Of a DNA stretch of 64,000 nt, positions 53,901 through 62,332 are shown in pieces. Position numbers and translations under genes: made by a program. This stretch comes from a virus: the IMG/VR virus record IMGVR_UViG_3300005436_000012; one strand, written 5' to 3'. Position 1 is the stretch's first letter, and each line of letters opens with the position of its first letter. Under the pieces are notes generated by a model. The model was given only the letters and a program-made list of their open reading frames with translations. It had not been told where the DNA came from and did not search any database.

Positions 53901-54277
53901 TCGACCATCTCGAAGCAGCGCGTAGTGCCGTTGAAGCGCACCAGTACGTGATTTTTGTCCAAAATGTCGCCCAGGACAAGATCGCGGGCATTTCTCTTTA
54001 TGTTCACCGGGCCCAATGCGTCGATTGAGAGCGAAGAGGAGCCGGAGTTGGGATGCGTGGCCTTGAAGGCAAACAGCGCGCCGTCTTTGTAGGCCGTGAG
54101 CGCCGGAGCGAAAGCGCTCAAACAGATGAAGGAATTTCCACTGCCGGAATCGGGGGCCAACTCGATCGGCTTGTCGTCCGCGACGCCGGTCGTCGCTTTT
54201 GTCGCAGCCGGAGCCGGTGGCAGGGGAAGCGTGGCCTGTTTGGCCGCCACGAGAGCTTCTTTGTGCACCAGGGCCAT
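53897..54277 (-). CDS. minus-strand ORF homologous to the N-domain of the 45605 protein
   Basis: YKDGALFAFKATHPNSGSSSLSIDALGPVNIKR aligns with AYRDGVVYSFRATHSNAAASTLAIDGLAAVLIKK; start uncertain. Confidence 0.3.
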   Translation of the reverse strand: MALVHKEALVAAKQATLPLPPAPAATKATTGVADDKPIELAPDSGSGNSFICLSAFAPALTAYKDGALFAFKATHPNSGSSSLSIDALGPVNIKRNARDLVLGDILDKNHVLVRFNGTTRCFEMVD

Positions 54278-54335
54278 ATCAGCCACGCTGCCCGAGGCCG
54301 CCTGAGAAATATGGTCCAGGCAGAAGACAACCGAG

Positions 54336-56051
54336 TTGTGTACCGCGTCGATGAGCTTCTCGGATGCGGTTTTCTCCAGGACACCAGCTGTTTTTTCCAT
54401 GACACCAGCATACCCCAACACCGCCGCTTCCACGAAGGCAGCCGCAAAACCGGCTTCGAAGGCGAAGGTGACCCTGCTCGATGCCAAGCACAGCCATTGG
54501 TCAAAATATCACGATTTCTGGGAAATCTACGATCTGCTCTATCGCGGCGGGGAAGAGATCCAGCGCGAAGCCGCGCGCTTCCTGATCAAGCGGCCCAAGG
54601 AAGTTCCCGAAGTCTTCGCCACGCGCCTGTCGATGTTCGATTACCAGAACATTCTGGGCGTCGCGCTCGGCTGGTATCAGTCCAAGCTTTTCAGTAAAGA
54701 CCCGACCATCGAAGTGCGACTCAAAGGGAATTCGGATCCGGCCGCAGTGCCCGAAAACCGCAGAAAGCCGTACACCGATTTTCTGCAGAACGCGGACCGC
54801 AACGGCACCACGTACGTCGATCTGTGGCGGCAGATTTATCAGAATTTGCTGGTCTTCAAAGGCTGCTATGCCTGCATCGATCTACCGTCGGGAACGAGGA
54901 GCGCGCCGAACCGCGCAGCCCAGCGCGCCCAGGGCGGACTCGATCCCTACGTGATGTTGTACGATCCGCGCGCGGTCATCAACTGGGCGGTCGACGGCCT
55001 CGGAAAACTCGAATGGATCGTCATCAAGATCCAGACCTTCCACCAGGATTTTCTAGGCGACGGAGTCAGGACCGATCGCTGGACCTATTACGACCGCCGG
55101 CGATATCGCGTCTACGAGCGCTCGACAACGACCTATAAAGAAGCCTCCTCGACCGGGCCGATCGCCTTGTACAGCCCCGCCGGACAGCCGATCGACGCTG
55201 GCTCCGAGCAAACCGCCGAGCTGGTCGACGAAGGGGCGCACGCCCTCGCGGACAGCGAGCAGGTGCCGGTGCGTTACTTCACGATTCCCGACGGGCTGTG
55301 GCTGGCCTCGCGCGCCTATCTGCCGGCCAAGGCCCACCTGAACATCGAAAACAGCTACCAGTGGGCGCTCTTCATGGCGAATCTGCCGGTGCCGGTCATC
55401 ACCTCCGACACCGAAATACAGCACACGATTTCAGAGACCGCCTTTATCCAGCTCGACAAGGGCGGGAAATTCGAATGGTCCGAGCCCAAGGGAACCAGCT
55501 TCGAACATTCGCACAATTGCCTGGAAGCCAAGCGCGAGGAGATTTTCCGCAGCGTGTATCTCATGGCCCAGGGGCGAAGCTCGTCGGCCTCGGCCTCGTC
55601 CTCTTCCGGCTACGCCAAGGAAATGGACATGCTGCCGTCCAAAGACGTGCTGTCGGCCTACGGGGATATTGTGCGGGCCGGCTCGCAGAATCTGCTGTCG
55701 GATGTCGCGATGGCGCGCGGATTGAACGAGAAGGACCTCGAATTCGACGTGCGCGGCTTCAATTTCGAAATCAACCCCGCGCTGCAGGAAGCCGAGACGG
55801 CCGAAATCATGATCTCGCTCGACATCCCGTCGGACACGTTGACCAAAGAGATGCAAAAGCGCGTTGCGCATTCCTATCTGACCGATGCCAACCGCCAGAT
55901 CATCCAGCAGGTCGATGACGAAATCGATGCGGCGCCGACGCGCGACGAACTCGCCGCGCAGCAGCAGCAGCAAGTGAAACTCAGCATGGATCGCCAGTTG
56001 GGACGGTCGGTCCAGGCGGTCGGGCAATCGGCCGCACAGGCTGAGCCATAA
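54336..56051 (+). CDS. portal-like protein (by position and size)
   Basis: 571-aa ORF directly upstream of the scaffold-like and coat-like genes; acidic, Gln-rich C-terminus; no diagnostic motif; true start may be downstream of 54336. Confidence 0.35.
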   Translation: MCTASMSFSDAVFSRTPAVFSMTPAYPNTAASTKAAAKPASKAKVTLLDAKHSHWSKYHDFWEIYDLLYRGGEEIQREAARFLIKRPKEVPEVFATRLSMFDYQNILGVALGWYQSKLFSKDPTIEVRLKGNSDPAAVPENRRKPYTDFLQNADRNGTTYVDLWRQIYQNLLVFKGCYACIDLPSGTRSAPNRAAQRAQGGLDPYVMLYDPRAVINWAVDGLGKLEWIVIKIQTFHQDFLGDGVRTDRWTYYDRRRYRVYERSTTTYKEASSTGPIALYSPAGQPIDAGSEQTAELVDEGAHALADSEQVPVRYFTIPDGLWLASRAYLPAKAHLNIENSYQWALFMANLPVPVITSDTEIQHTISETAFIQLDKGGKFEWSEPKGTSFEHSHNCLEAKREEIFRSVYLMAQGRSSSASASSSSGYAKEMDMLPSKDVLSAYGDIVRAGSQNLLSDVAMARGLNEKDLEFDVRGFNFEINPALQEAETAEIMISLDIPSDTLTKEMQKRVAHSYLTDANRQIIQQVDDEIDAAPTRDELAAQQQQQVKLSMDRQLGRSVQAVGQSAAQAEP

Positions 56052-56154
56052 AAGCATTCGAAATGAAATTTCCCTGGACGAAGAAAGTATTTCCGCCTAT
56101 CGCGCCTGCCCCCGAGGCGCGCGCCAATTTTCAGCACAAAGGACTATAACAATC

Positions 56155-56631
56155 ATGAGCGATCAGAGTGTTTTCGACGCCGCCTATTGGGCGCATCAGC
56201 CGCCGGCCGTGCAGGCGCTGCAGGCCATTTCGGATCCCACCGAGCGCAATAAGCAGGGCGCGCAGCTCGCAGCAGAGGGTTTTGTGATCGACGACCGCAT
56301 CATGATCACCGGCTGGGACGCCTATTCAATCATGGGACTACGCGCGGACTTCGGATTGAGCTACGTGCCCTCGGCGTTCGAACTCGGAACCGGCTCGATC
56401 AAGGTCTCGACCAGCCTGGCCGATTATCCCCCGTTCGTGCCGCCGGCGCCGCCGGTAGTGCCGCCCGCACCGACTTCCAAGGTAGGGCGAAATCTGGGCG
56501 GCAATTATTACATTGTGCTCGATCACACGGGCTTGCTGGATGGACAGCCATACAGCGATCCGAGAGGGATATTCACCTTCCACCAAGTGGCCACGCCGTT
56601 CGGATACAACGTCTGGTTCACGCTGAACTAG
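56155..56631 (+). CDS. hypothetical protein with PPxPP tract
   Basis: 158-aa ORF; PPFVPPAPPVVPPAP. Confidence 0.35.
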   Translation: MSDQSVFDAAYWAHQPPAVQALQAISDPTERNKQGAQLAAEGFVIDDRIMITGWDAYSIMGLRADFGLSYVPSAFELGTGSIKVSTSLADYPPFVPPAPPVVPPAPTSKVGRNLGGNYYIVLDHTGLLDGQPYSDPRGIFTFHQVATPFGYNVWFTLN

Positions 56632-56634
56632 TTT

Positions 56635-56937
56635 TTAGCACACGTCCGGAAAGTGGGCGATCTTTTCAAAGCAGTACTGATGAAACTGCGCCTGCTCCAT
56701 TTGCTTGCCCTCGCCCCGGAAAAGAATCAGCGGAACGCGGTCCCGGCACAGATCGCAATCGTCGCAATACTCGCTGTGTACATCCCAGCGTGGATCGTCC
56801 TCTGAGACGCCGATGGGCAGTCCGCAGAAAGCGCAACAGCATTCCGGATCCGAACAGCCTGCGTTTCCGCACGATCCGCGCTTTGACCATTTGATCGCGG
56901 CGATATAGGCGGGATGAATGCTGAAACCGGAAGCCAC
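56635..56937 (-). CDS. Cys-rich hypothetical protein on the opposite strand
   Basis: CGNAGCSDPECCCAFCG...CDDCDLCRDR. Confidence 0.3.
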   Translation of the reverse strand: MASGFSIHPAYIAAIKWSKRGSCGNAGCSDPECCCAFCGLPIGVSEDDPRWDVHSEYCDDCDLCRDRVPLILFRGEGKQMEQAQFHQYCFEKIAHFPDVC

Positions 56938-57105
56938 CGCATAAGCATTATCTCATTCGTAAAAACACAACTGGCTGAGCAGTACATCTCAGGAACGACC
57001 ACGGGCATACAGAACGCCTCTACTTGTCACCGGATAAGTACAGGCTTTCCAGGGTGCCACGGGCCGACTGGCCGAGCAGATCAACTCGGGGAAAGAACAT
57101 TCACA

Positions 57106-57873
57106 ATGGCAGACGAAAAGAAACCAGAACTTACCCTGGAGTCCTTAACCGAGCTGATAAAAGGACTGGAAACCAAGGTAACCGAACAGATCAACGGCTA
57201 CGACAAGAAACTGGAAAAAACCATCCAGAAGCATCTGACGCCGGTCATCGAGGATTTGCAATCCAAGATCAAGTCCGGCATCAAGCCTAAGAAGCTGGCA
57301 AAGATGATGCGCAAGATCGAAGCCGCCAAGCTCGCCGAAGCCGCCGATGGCAAAGCGAAAGACGGCAAGCAGAAAACGGCGGACGAAATCGCCGCCGAAG
57401 CCGCGGCCGCCGCCGGCAAAGGCAAGAACAAGGACGACGATCGCCCGGACCTCTTCAAGAAACAGCAATTCCGGGAAATGGAAGGGCGCGTCGCCACGCT
57501 CGAGGCGGCCACCAAGGCCGCGGAAGCGAAAGCTGCGTCGCTCGAACTCACCTCCGCGCTCGATCGCGCGCTTTCCGATTTCCCGTGGGCCAATACCGAT
57601 TCGCTCGATCTGGCGCGCGGCCTCTATCTGCCCAGGCTGAAACGGGACGCCGAATCCGGAGAAATCATGATCGGCGAGCAGCCTTTCGTGAAAGTGATCA
57701 AGGCCGAGATAGAGACCAGGTACGAGAACCTCCTGGCGCCGGTCGGAAAAGGCGGCTCGGGCGCCGCACGCTCGACCACTAAAGCCAATGTCATCGATCT
57801 CGACTCGCTGAATGCCAGTTCGACCCCCGAGCAATTGAGAGAAGCGGCCAAAGCTGCGGCCGCCCTGCTCTAG
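57106..57873 (+). CDS. scaffolding-like protein
   Basis: Lys/Ala/Glu-rich coiled-coil protein (255 aa) directly upstream of the coat-like gene; start at the internal Met MADEKKPEL. Confidence 0.5.
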   Translation: MADEKKPELTLESLTELIKGLETKVTEQINGYDKKLEKTIQKHLTPVIEDLQSKIKSGIKPKKLAKMMRKIEAAKLAEAADGKAKDGKQKTADEIAAEAAAAAGKGKNKDDDRPDLFKKQQFREMEGRVATLEAATKAAEAKAASLELTSALDRALSDFPWANTDSLDLARGLYLPRLKRDAESGEIMIGEQPFVKVIKAEIETRYENLLAPVGKGGSGAARSTTKANVIDLDSLNASSTPEQLREAAKAAAALL

Positions 57874-57895
57874 ATTGATCGCTAATGTTTTTGTC

Positions 57896-57990
57896 GCTGA
57901 GCGGCCGAGCCGCTCACGGCCCGAGGCAGTCCAGACCCGTTTTGCCTTGCGTCCGATCGCAACGGGTCTCCCGAGGGAAGCCTCGGGCCA
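57896..57990 (+). promoter_or_regulatory. three stem-loops in the scaffold-to-coat intergenic region, followed by a strong RBS
   Basis: GAGCGGC-cga-GCCGCTC; AGACCCGTT-19nt-AACGGGTCT; CCCGAGG-gaag-CCTCGGG; then AAAAAAAAGGAG-N9-ATG. Confidence 0.35.
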
Positions 57991-58023
57991 AACTCAACTC
58001 ACAAAAAAAAGGAGCCACCCTAA

Positions 58024-58923
58024 ATGGCAAATGAATTAACGTCCGCCAATGCCGCGCAGGCGATTCCCAAAATCGTTGCGCCGATCGCCCTGGCGGCGCT
58101 GTTCCCCAACTTCGTGATGGCGGCGTTCGTCAACCGGAATTATGACGGAGCGCTGGCCCAGGCCGGCGACACGGTCAACGTGCCGATCGCGCCCAATCTG
58201 ACCGCCAACAACATCGCTGAGGCGGGCACGGTTACCAACCAGAATCCCAATCTCGGCAACGCCCAGATCGTGCTGAACGCTCACATCGAAGCGACGTTCC
58301 AGATCCCCAACGTCACCCAGGCGCTGGCGGCCCCCGATCTCATTTCGACCTATCTGCAGCCGGCCGTCGTGGCGATCGCCGAGAAGATCGAGAACGATCT
58401 GCTGTCGGTCTATCCGCTGCTGACCTTCAACTCCTCGGTCGGCACCGCGAATACGACCCTGACGGAAGCCACGCTGGACTCGGCCGAGACGGCCCTGTTC
58501 AAAGCCAAGATGCCGGATTCGGTTCCCAAGTACCTAGTGGTCACCGGCGACGCATATTCCGCCATCCGCCAGATTTCCCGCTTCACCGAACAGCGCATGG
58601 TCGGCAACGGCACCGCGATTTATACCGGAGTCGTCGGCCAGCTCAAAAACATGACCATCGTGCGATCGCAGAAGGTCGTCACGGTCTCCACCACCACCAA
58701 CAACATGGCTTTCGGATCGGACGCCATCTGCCTGGTTACGCGCGCGCTGCCCAACATCATTCCCGGCACCGGCGCCATCGCGTCCAACACCAATTTCGGC
58801 GGCTTCGGGTTGCGCATCGTCATGAGCTACAACCCCAACACGCTGGGACAGCAATTCACGGTCGACGTGCTCTACGGCGTCGGCATCCTCCGCAATCAGT
58901 TCGGCGTACTGGTGCTCAGCTAA
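58024..58923 (+). CDS. major capsid (coat) protein-like, paralog 2
   Basis: 299 aa; follows scaffold-like gene and structured leader; shares motifs with the 942-1805 ORF. Confidence 0.55.
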   Translation: MANELTSANAAQAIPKIVAPIALAALFPNFVMAAFVNRNYDGALAQAGDTVNVPIAPNLTANNIAEAGTVTNQNPNLGNAQIVLNAHIEATFQIPNVTQALAAPDLISTYLQPAVVAIAEKIENDLLSVYPLLTFNSSVGTANTTLTEATLDSAETALFKAKMPDSVPKYLVVTGDAYSAIRQISRFTEQRMVGNGTAIYTGVVGQLKNMTIVRSQKVVTVSTTTNNMAFGSDAICLVTRALPNIIPGTGAIASNTNFGGFGLRIVMSYNPNTLGQQFTVDVLYGVGILRNQFGVLVLS

Positions 58924-58963
58924 TTAGCCCAAGCCAAAACGCCAGAAGGAAGCATATCCTCGA

Positions 58964-59488
58964 ATGTCTAGCGAAACCTCCGGCATGGAAGTGCTGGATA
59001 AGTTAACCACCGAACAACTGCTGAACGAAACCGAGTCGGAGCTGAGCCCGCTGCAACGGCATTGGGCGAAAGTGGCCGGCGTGGCCGCCGATCTCGATCC
59101 CCAGGCGGCGGCCTATGACGATCAGGTCCGCAAAGCCAATCCGGCGCACCGGAACAGCTTTATGCTTACCAGCACGAAAGCTGTCTGGCTCACATCGATT
59201 CGCAATCCCACCAAAGGGACTATCTCCGGACGTGTGACGCAGGCGCCGCCCTGGCTTGCGGCGCAGTACATCGTGGCGGAAACGCATCGCCCCTCCAAGC
59301 CCGAGGAAATCGAGGCCTGGAAAAAAGAGCAGGAAAAACGGAAAGAAGCGGCCACCAAGCTCGCCACCGAACGCAACCCGCAGCCGGTGCCGCATATCGT
59401 TGTCAATCTTCCTGCCGAGTCCGTGCAAAGCATCCGGGACGCGGCGCGTCAGTCCGGCCAAAAGCAGCAGTCCGAAACCAAGCAGTAA
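58964..59488 (+). CDS. hypothetical protein
   Basis: 174-aa ORF after the coat-like gene. Confidence 0.4.
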   Translation: MSSETSGMEVLDKLTTEQLLNETESELSPLQRHWAKVAGVAADLDPQAAAYDDQVRKANPAHRNSFMLTSTKAVWLTSIRNPTKGTISGRVTQAPPWLAAQYIVAETHRPSKPEEIEAWKKEQEKRKEAATKLATERNPQPVPHIVVNLPAESVQSIRDAARQSGQKQQSETKQ

Positions 59489-59585
59489 AGCCCGGCCCGG
59501 GGCGGCCAGCTGGCCGAAGGGCAAATTTCAGAATTCAACCGGTAGCGCGCCACAGGTGCGCCCGAAGAACAAAGGAAAAATCAAA

Positions 59586-60203
59586 ATGGCAGCTCCTGTA
59601 ATGATTGAATCTAGCCGCACCCACACGGCGGTCGGGGCTTTTGGCGCCTCGGGAACCACCGGCGGCACGGCCGTCGGAGGCGCGATCACCACTCTCACCA
59701 ACGCCACTCCCTCGGTATTCACCACCACCACCGCCCATGGCCTGATCGTTGGAGATTTTATCCAGGTCCAAGGCGTCACGACCGACACCGCGGTGAACGG
59801 CAACGTGGCCGTGAGCGCGGTAGGATCGACGACCACCTTCTCGATCGCGACGGCCGGCAACGGCACCGCCGGCAACTTGGCGGGTTCCTCTGCCAGTCAG
59901 GCATTCCCGGTCTCTACCTACACCAATGACTGGACGCTGCGAGTCAGGCTCGAATCGCTGACCGCGGCCAAAAACATCGAGATCGCGATCGAGGATTCCG
60001 TCGACGGCGCGACGTGGATTACGCGCTACGCCCGGAACATCAAGGGCGAGCAGAAGACCGGCGCCATGCTGGATCTGATCACGCTGAGGAAATACGACTA
60101 CCCCATGTTGAGACTGGGGACCGGCTCGGCCGTGCTTCGGCTCAACGTGCTGGCCATCGACGGATCGGCAACCGCGGTGGTCTCATTTTGGCTAGAGGTG
60201 TAG
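59586..60203 (+). CDS. paralog family A member 4
   Basis: PSVFTTTTAHGLIVGDFIQVQGVTTDTAVNGNVAV ... VVSFWLEV; start at the internal Met with an AAAGGA RBS. Confidence 0.45.
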   Translation: MAAPVMIESSRTHTAVGAFGASGTTGGTAVGGAITTLTNATPSVFTTTTAHGLIVGDFIQVQGVTTDTAVNGNVAVSAVGSTTTFSIATAGNGTAGNLAGSSASQAFPVSTYTNDWTLRVRLESLTAAKNIEIAIEDSVDGATWITRYARNIKGEQKTGAMLDLITLRKYDYPMLRLGTGSAVLRLNVLAIDGSATAVVSFWLEV

Positions 60204-60533
60204 CTGACTTTTCGATTTCACCGGTTCGTTCAAACGACAGGACGGCGTGCGCGCGCACGTTACGCCAAAGGGACAGGATCGCTTCCAGTCCGACACCTGG
60301 CACCGGAAATTTGTCTTGCTATCGGCGCGCCCGTTTGTTCCTCTTCAGTCTTTCTATGTTCGATGGGGCAAATGGTTGATCGCGAAAATCTATGTGACGC
60401 GTACCCTTTGAACAATTACAGGGTAGGCACAATGGTTGGATGTTAGCGATCGTGTTCACTCCGCCGCGCGTGATGGCTCTGACGTGATCAACCGTCAATT
60501 TTCTAAACCAAACAGTAAAGGATTAAACAAAAC

Positions 60534-60737
60534 ATGAGTCAGCACATTACGCAATCGGCAATACAGACGTTGCTTTCCGCGACCGTAAGCAACCTCCACC
60601 CCTTCGAGTTGTATCAACTGGTCGACGCGCTCACCCGCATCAAACACACCGAAGGCGGCGACGGAGTGGTCGGCGCGGGCGGCGCGGGCGAATCTACGCT
60701 CGGCACCATCTTCGCTTCGAGCAATCCCAATCCGTAG
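60534..60737 (+). CDS. hypothetical Gly-rich small protein
   Basis: 67-aa ORF after a 330-bp gap. Confidence 0.3.
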   Translation: MSQHITQSAIQTLLSATVSNLHPFELYQLVDALTRIKHTEGGDGVVGAGGAGESTLGTIFASSNPNP

Positions 60738-60783
60738 AAGTTCCCGCTCGCATTCTTTGAAAACAACCCGGAGCAAACAACAA

Positions 60784-61539
60784 ATGAAAAGAATATTCGC
60801 ATTTCCGCTGTTTGGCATGGCGCTGCTCGTAAGTGCGGCCCTCATCAGCTTCTTTCCGCCGGCGATTCTCCTCAACGCCCAGCTGCCAGCCGATCAGGCC
60901 ATCACGCGGCCCGATCACATGACGGTGAACGATCTGGGGACCTGCAACGAAGGCGAGACCGAATACAACCTGACCCAACATGTCGGCAAACGCTGCGGAA
61001 CAGGGGGGAACGTCTGGTGGCCGATTCCTGCCGCTGCAGTCACGTCCTCGAATTCCGGCCAGGTCTATCAGGTCAATGCTTCCGGATTGCCCACCGTTAC
61101 CACGGTCGGCTCGGGCGGCCTGACGGCCAACACTCCGGATGGCCTATCGGCGCAGCTGGTCTGCCATGTCACCTACAGTTTCGCGGTGGATGGGGGAACG
61201 ACACCGGTTGTTCCGGCCGGCAATTGTGTGATTCCGATCAATGCGGTGATCACCAATGTCGGAGTACAGGCGACTACCAGCGTGACGGCCTCGGGCTCGG
61301 CGACGGTGGCGCTCGGATGCGTGGCCGGCACGGCCTGCGGAGCGTCCTCGTTAATGGCTGCCACCGCCAAGGCCTCTCTGACTGCTGGGACCTTCGGTCA
61401 AAGTATCCCCGTACCGCAGACGGCTTCGACGTGGGTCAAGACCACCGCGGCCACCGGCATCACGCTCACGATCGCCACCGGGCCCCTGACGGCCGGGGTG
61501 ATCGAAATCTACGTGATGTACTACCAGTCTTCCACTTAG
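60784..61539 (+). CDS. secreted protein, family B member 1
   Basis: Signal peptide MKRIFAFPLFGMALLVSAALISF; LNAQLPADQAITRPD ... TGPLTAGVIEIY shared with the 61567 ORF. Confidence 0.45.
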   Translation: MKRIFAFPLFGMALLVSAALISFFPPAILLNAQLPADQAITRPDHMTVNDLGTCNEGETEYNLTQHVGKRCGTGGNVWWPIPAAAVTSSNSGQVYQVNASGLPTVTTVGSGGLTANTPDGLSAQLVCHVTYSFAVDGGTTPVVPAGNCVIPINAVITNVGVQATTSVTASGSATVALGCVAGTACGASSLMAATAKASLTAGTFGQSIPVPQTASTWVKTTAATGITLTIATGPLTAGVIEIYVMYYQSST

Positions 61540-61566
61540 TCGCCCATTTTCGAAGCGGAGCCCACC

Positions 61567-62322
61567 ATGAAAAACTATATCGCCCCTTCCCTTTTTCTGG
61601 CCGTAATTCTGATTGCCGGCGCCGTCCTGCTCGCGCCTGCCCCGAGCTTGCTCAACGCCCAGCAACCAGCTGATCAGGCCCCCACGCGGCCCGACCGTCT
61701 CACCGTCTATGGAGATCCCGGAAATTGCGGTGAAGGCGAGACGTCCTACAGCTTTCTGCAGCATTTCGGTAAGCGCTGCATCGCCGCTCTCACGCAGGCG
61801 CCCATTCCCGCGCTCGCAGCTACCAGTGCCAACAATCTGTCGGTCTATTCTATCGGCGCGAATGGGCTGCCGGCGTTGCTCGCAGGCGTCGGCGACTCCA
61901 ATCTGACATCCAACACCGTCACCGGGCTATCAGCGCTGCGTGTGTGCCATGTCACCTATAGTTTCGCGGTCGATGGCGGAGCTACTCCGATCGTCCCGGC
62001 CGGCAATTGCGTGATTCCGGCCAACGCCGTCATCTACAACGTCGGCATCCAGTCCACCACGGCTGTAACGGCCGTGGGCCTGGCTACCGTGGCGTTGGGC
62101 TGCACGGGAGGCACGGCTTGCGGCACTGCCGCTCTGATGACGGCCTTGGCCAAGGCGTCGCTTGGAACAGCGGCCTTCGGCCAGAGTGTTCCGGTCCCAC
62201 AAACCGCGTCCACTTGGGTCAAGACTACCGCCGCCGGCGGCCTCGCGCTCACGATCGCCACCGGGCCGTTGACGGCCGGCATAATCGAAATATATTGCGA
62301 ATACTATCTCAGCAGCTCGTAA
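61567..62322 (+). CDS. secreted protein, family B member 2
   Basis: Signal peptide; LNAQQPADQAPTRPD ... TGPLTAGIIEIY; tandem paralog. Confidence 0.45.
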   Translation: MKNYIAPSLFLAVILIAGAVLLAPAPSLLNAQQPADQAPTRPDRLTVYGDPGNCGEGETSYSFLQHFGKRCIAALTQAPIPALAATSANNLSVYSIGANGLPALLAGVGDSNLTSNTVTGLSALRVCHVTYSFAVDGGATPIVPAGNCVIPANAVIYNVGIQSTTAVTAVGLATVALGCTGGTACGTAALMTALAKASLGTAAFGQSVPVPQTASTWVKTTAAGGLALTIATGPLTAGIIEIYCEYYLSSS

Positions 62323-62332
62323 AAGGCACAAC

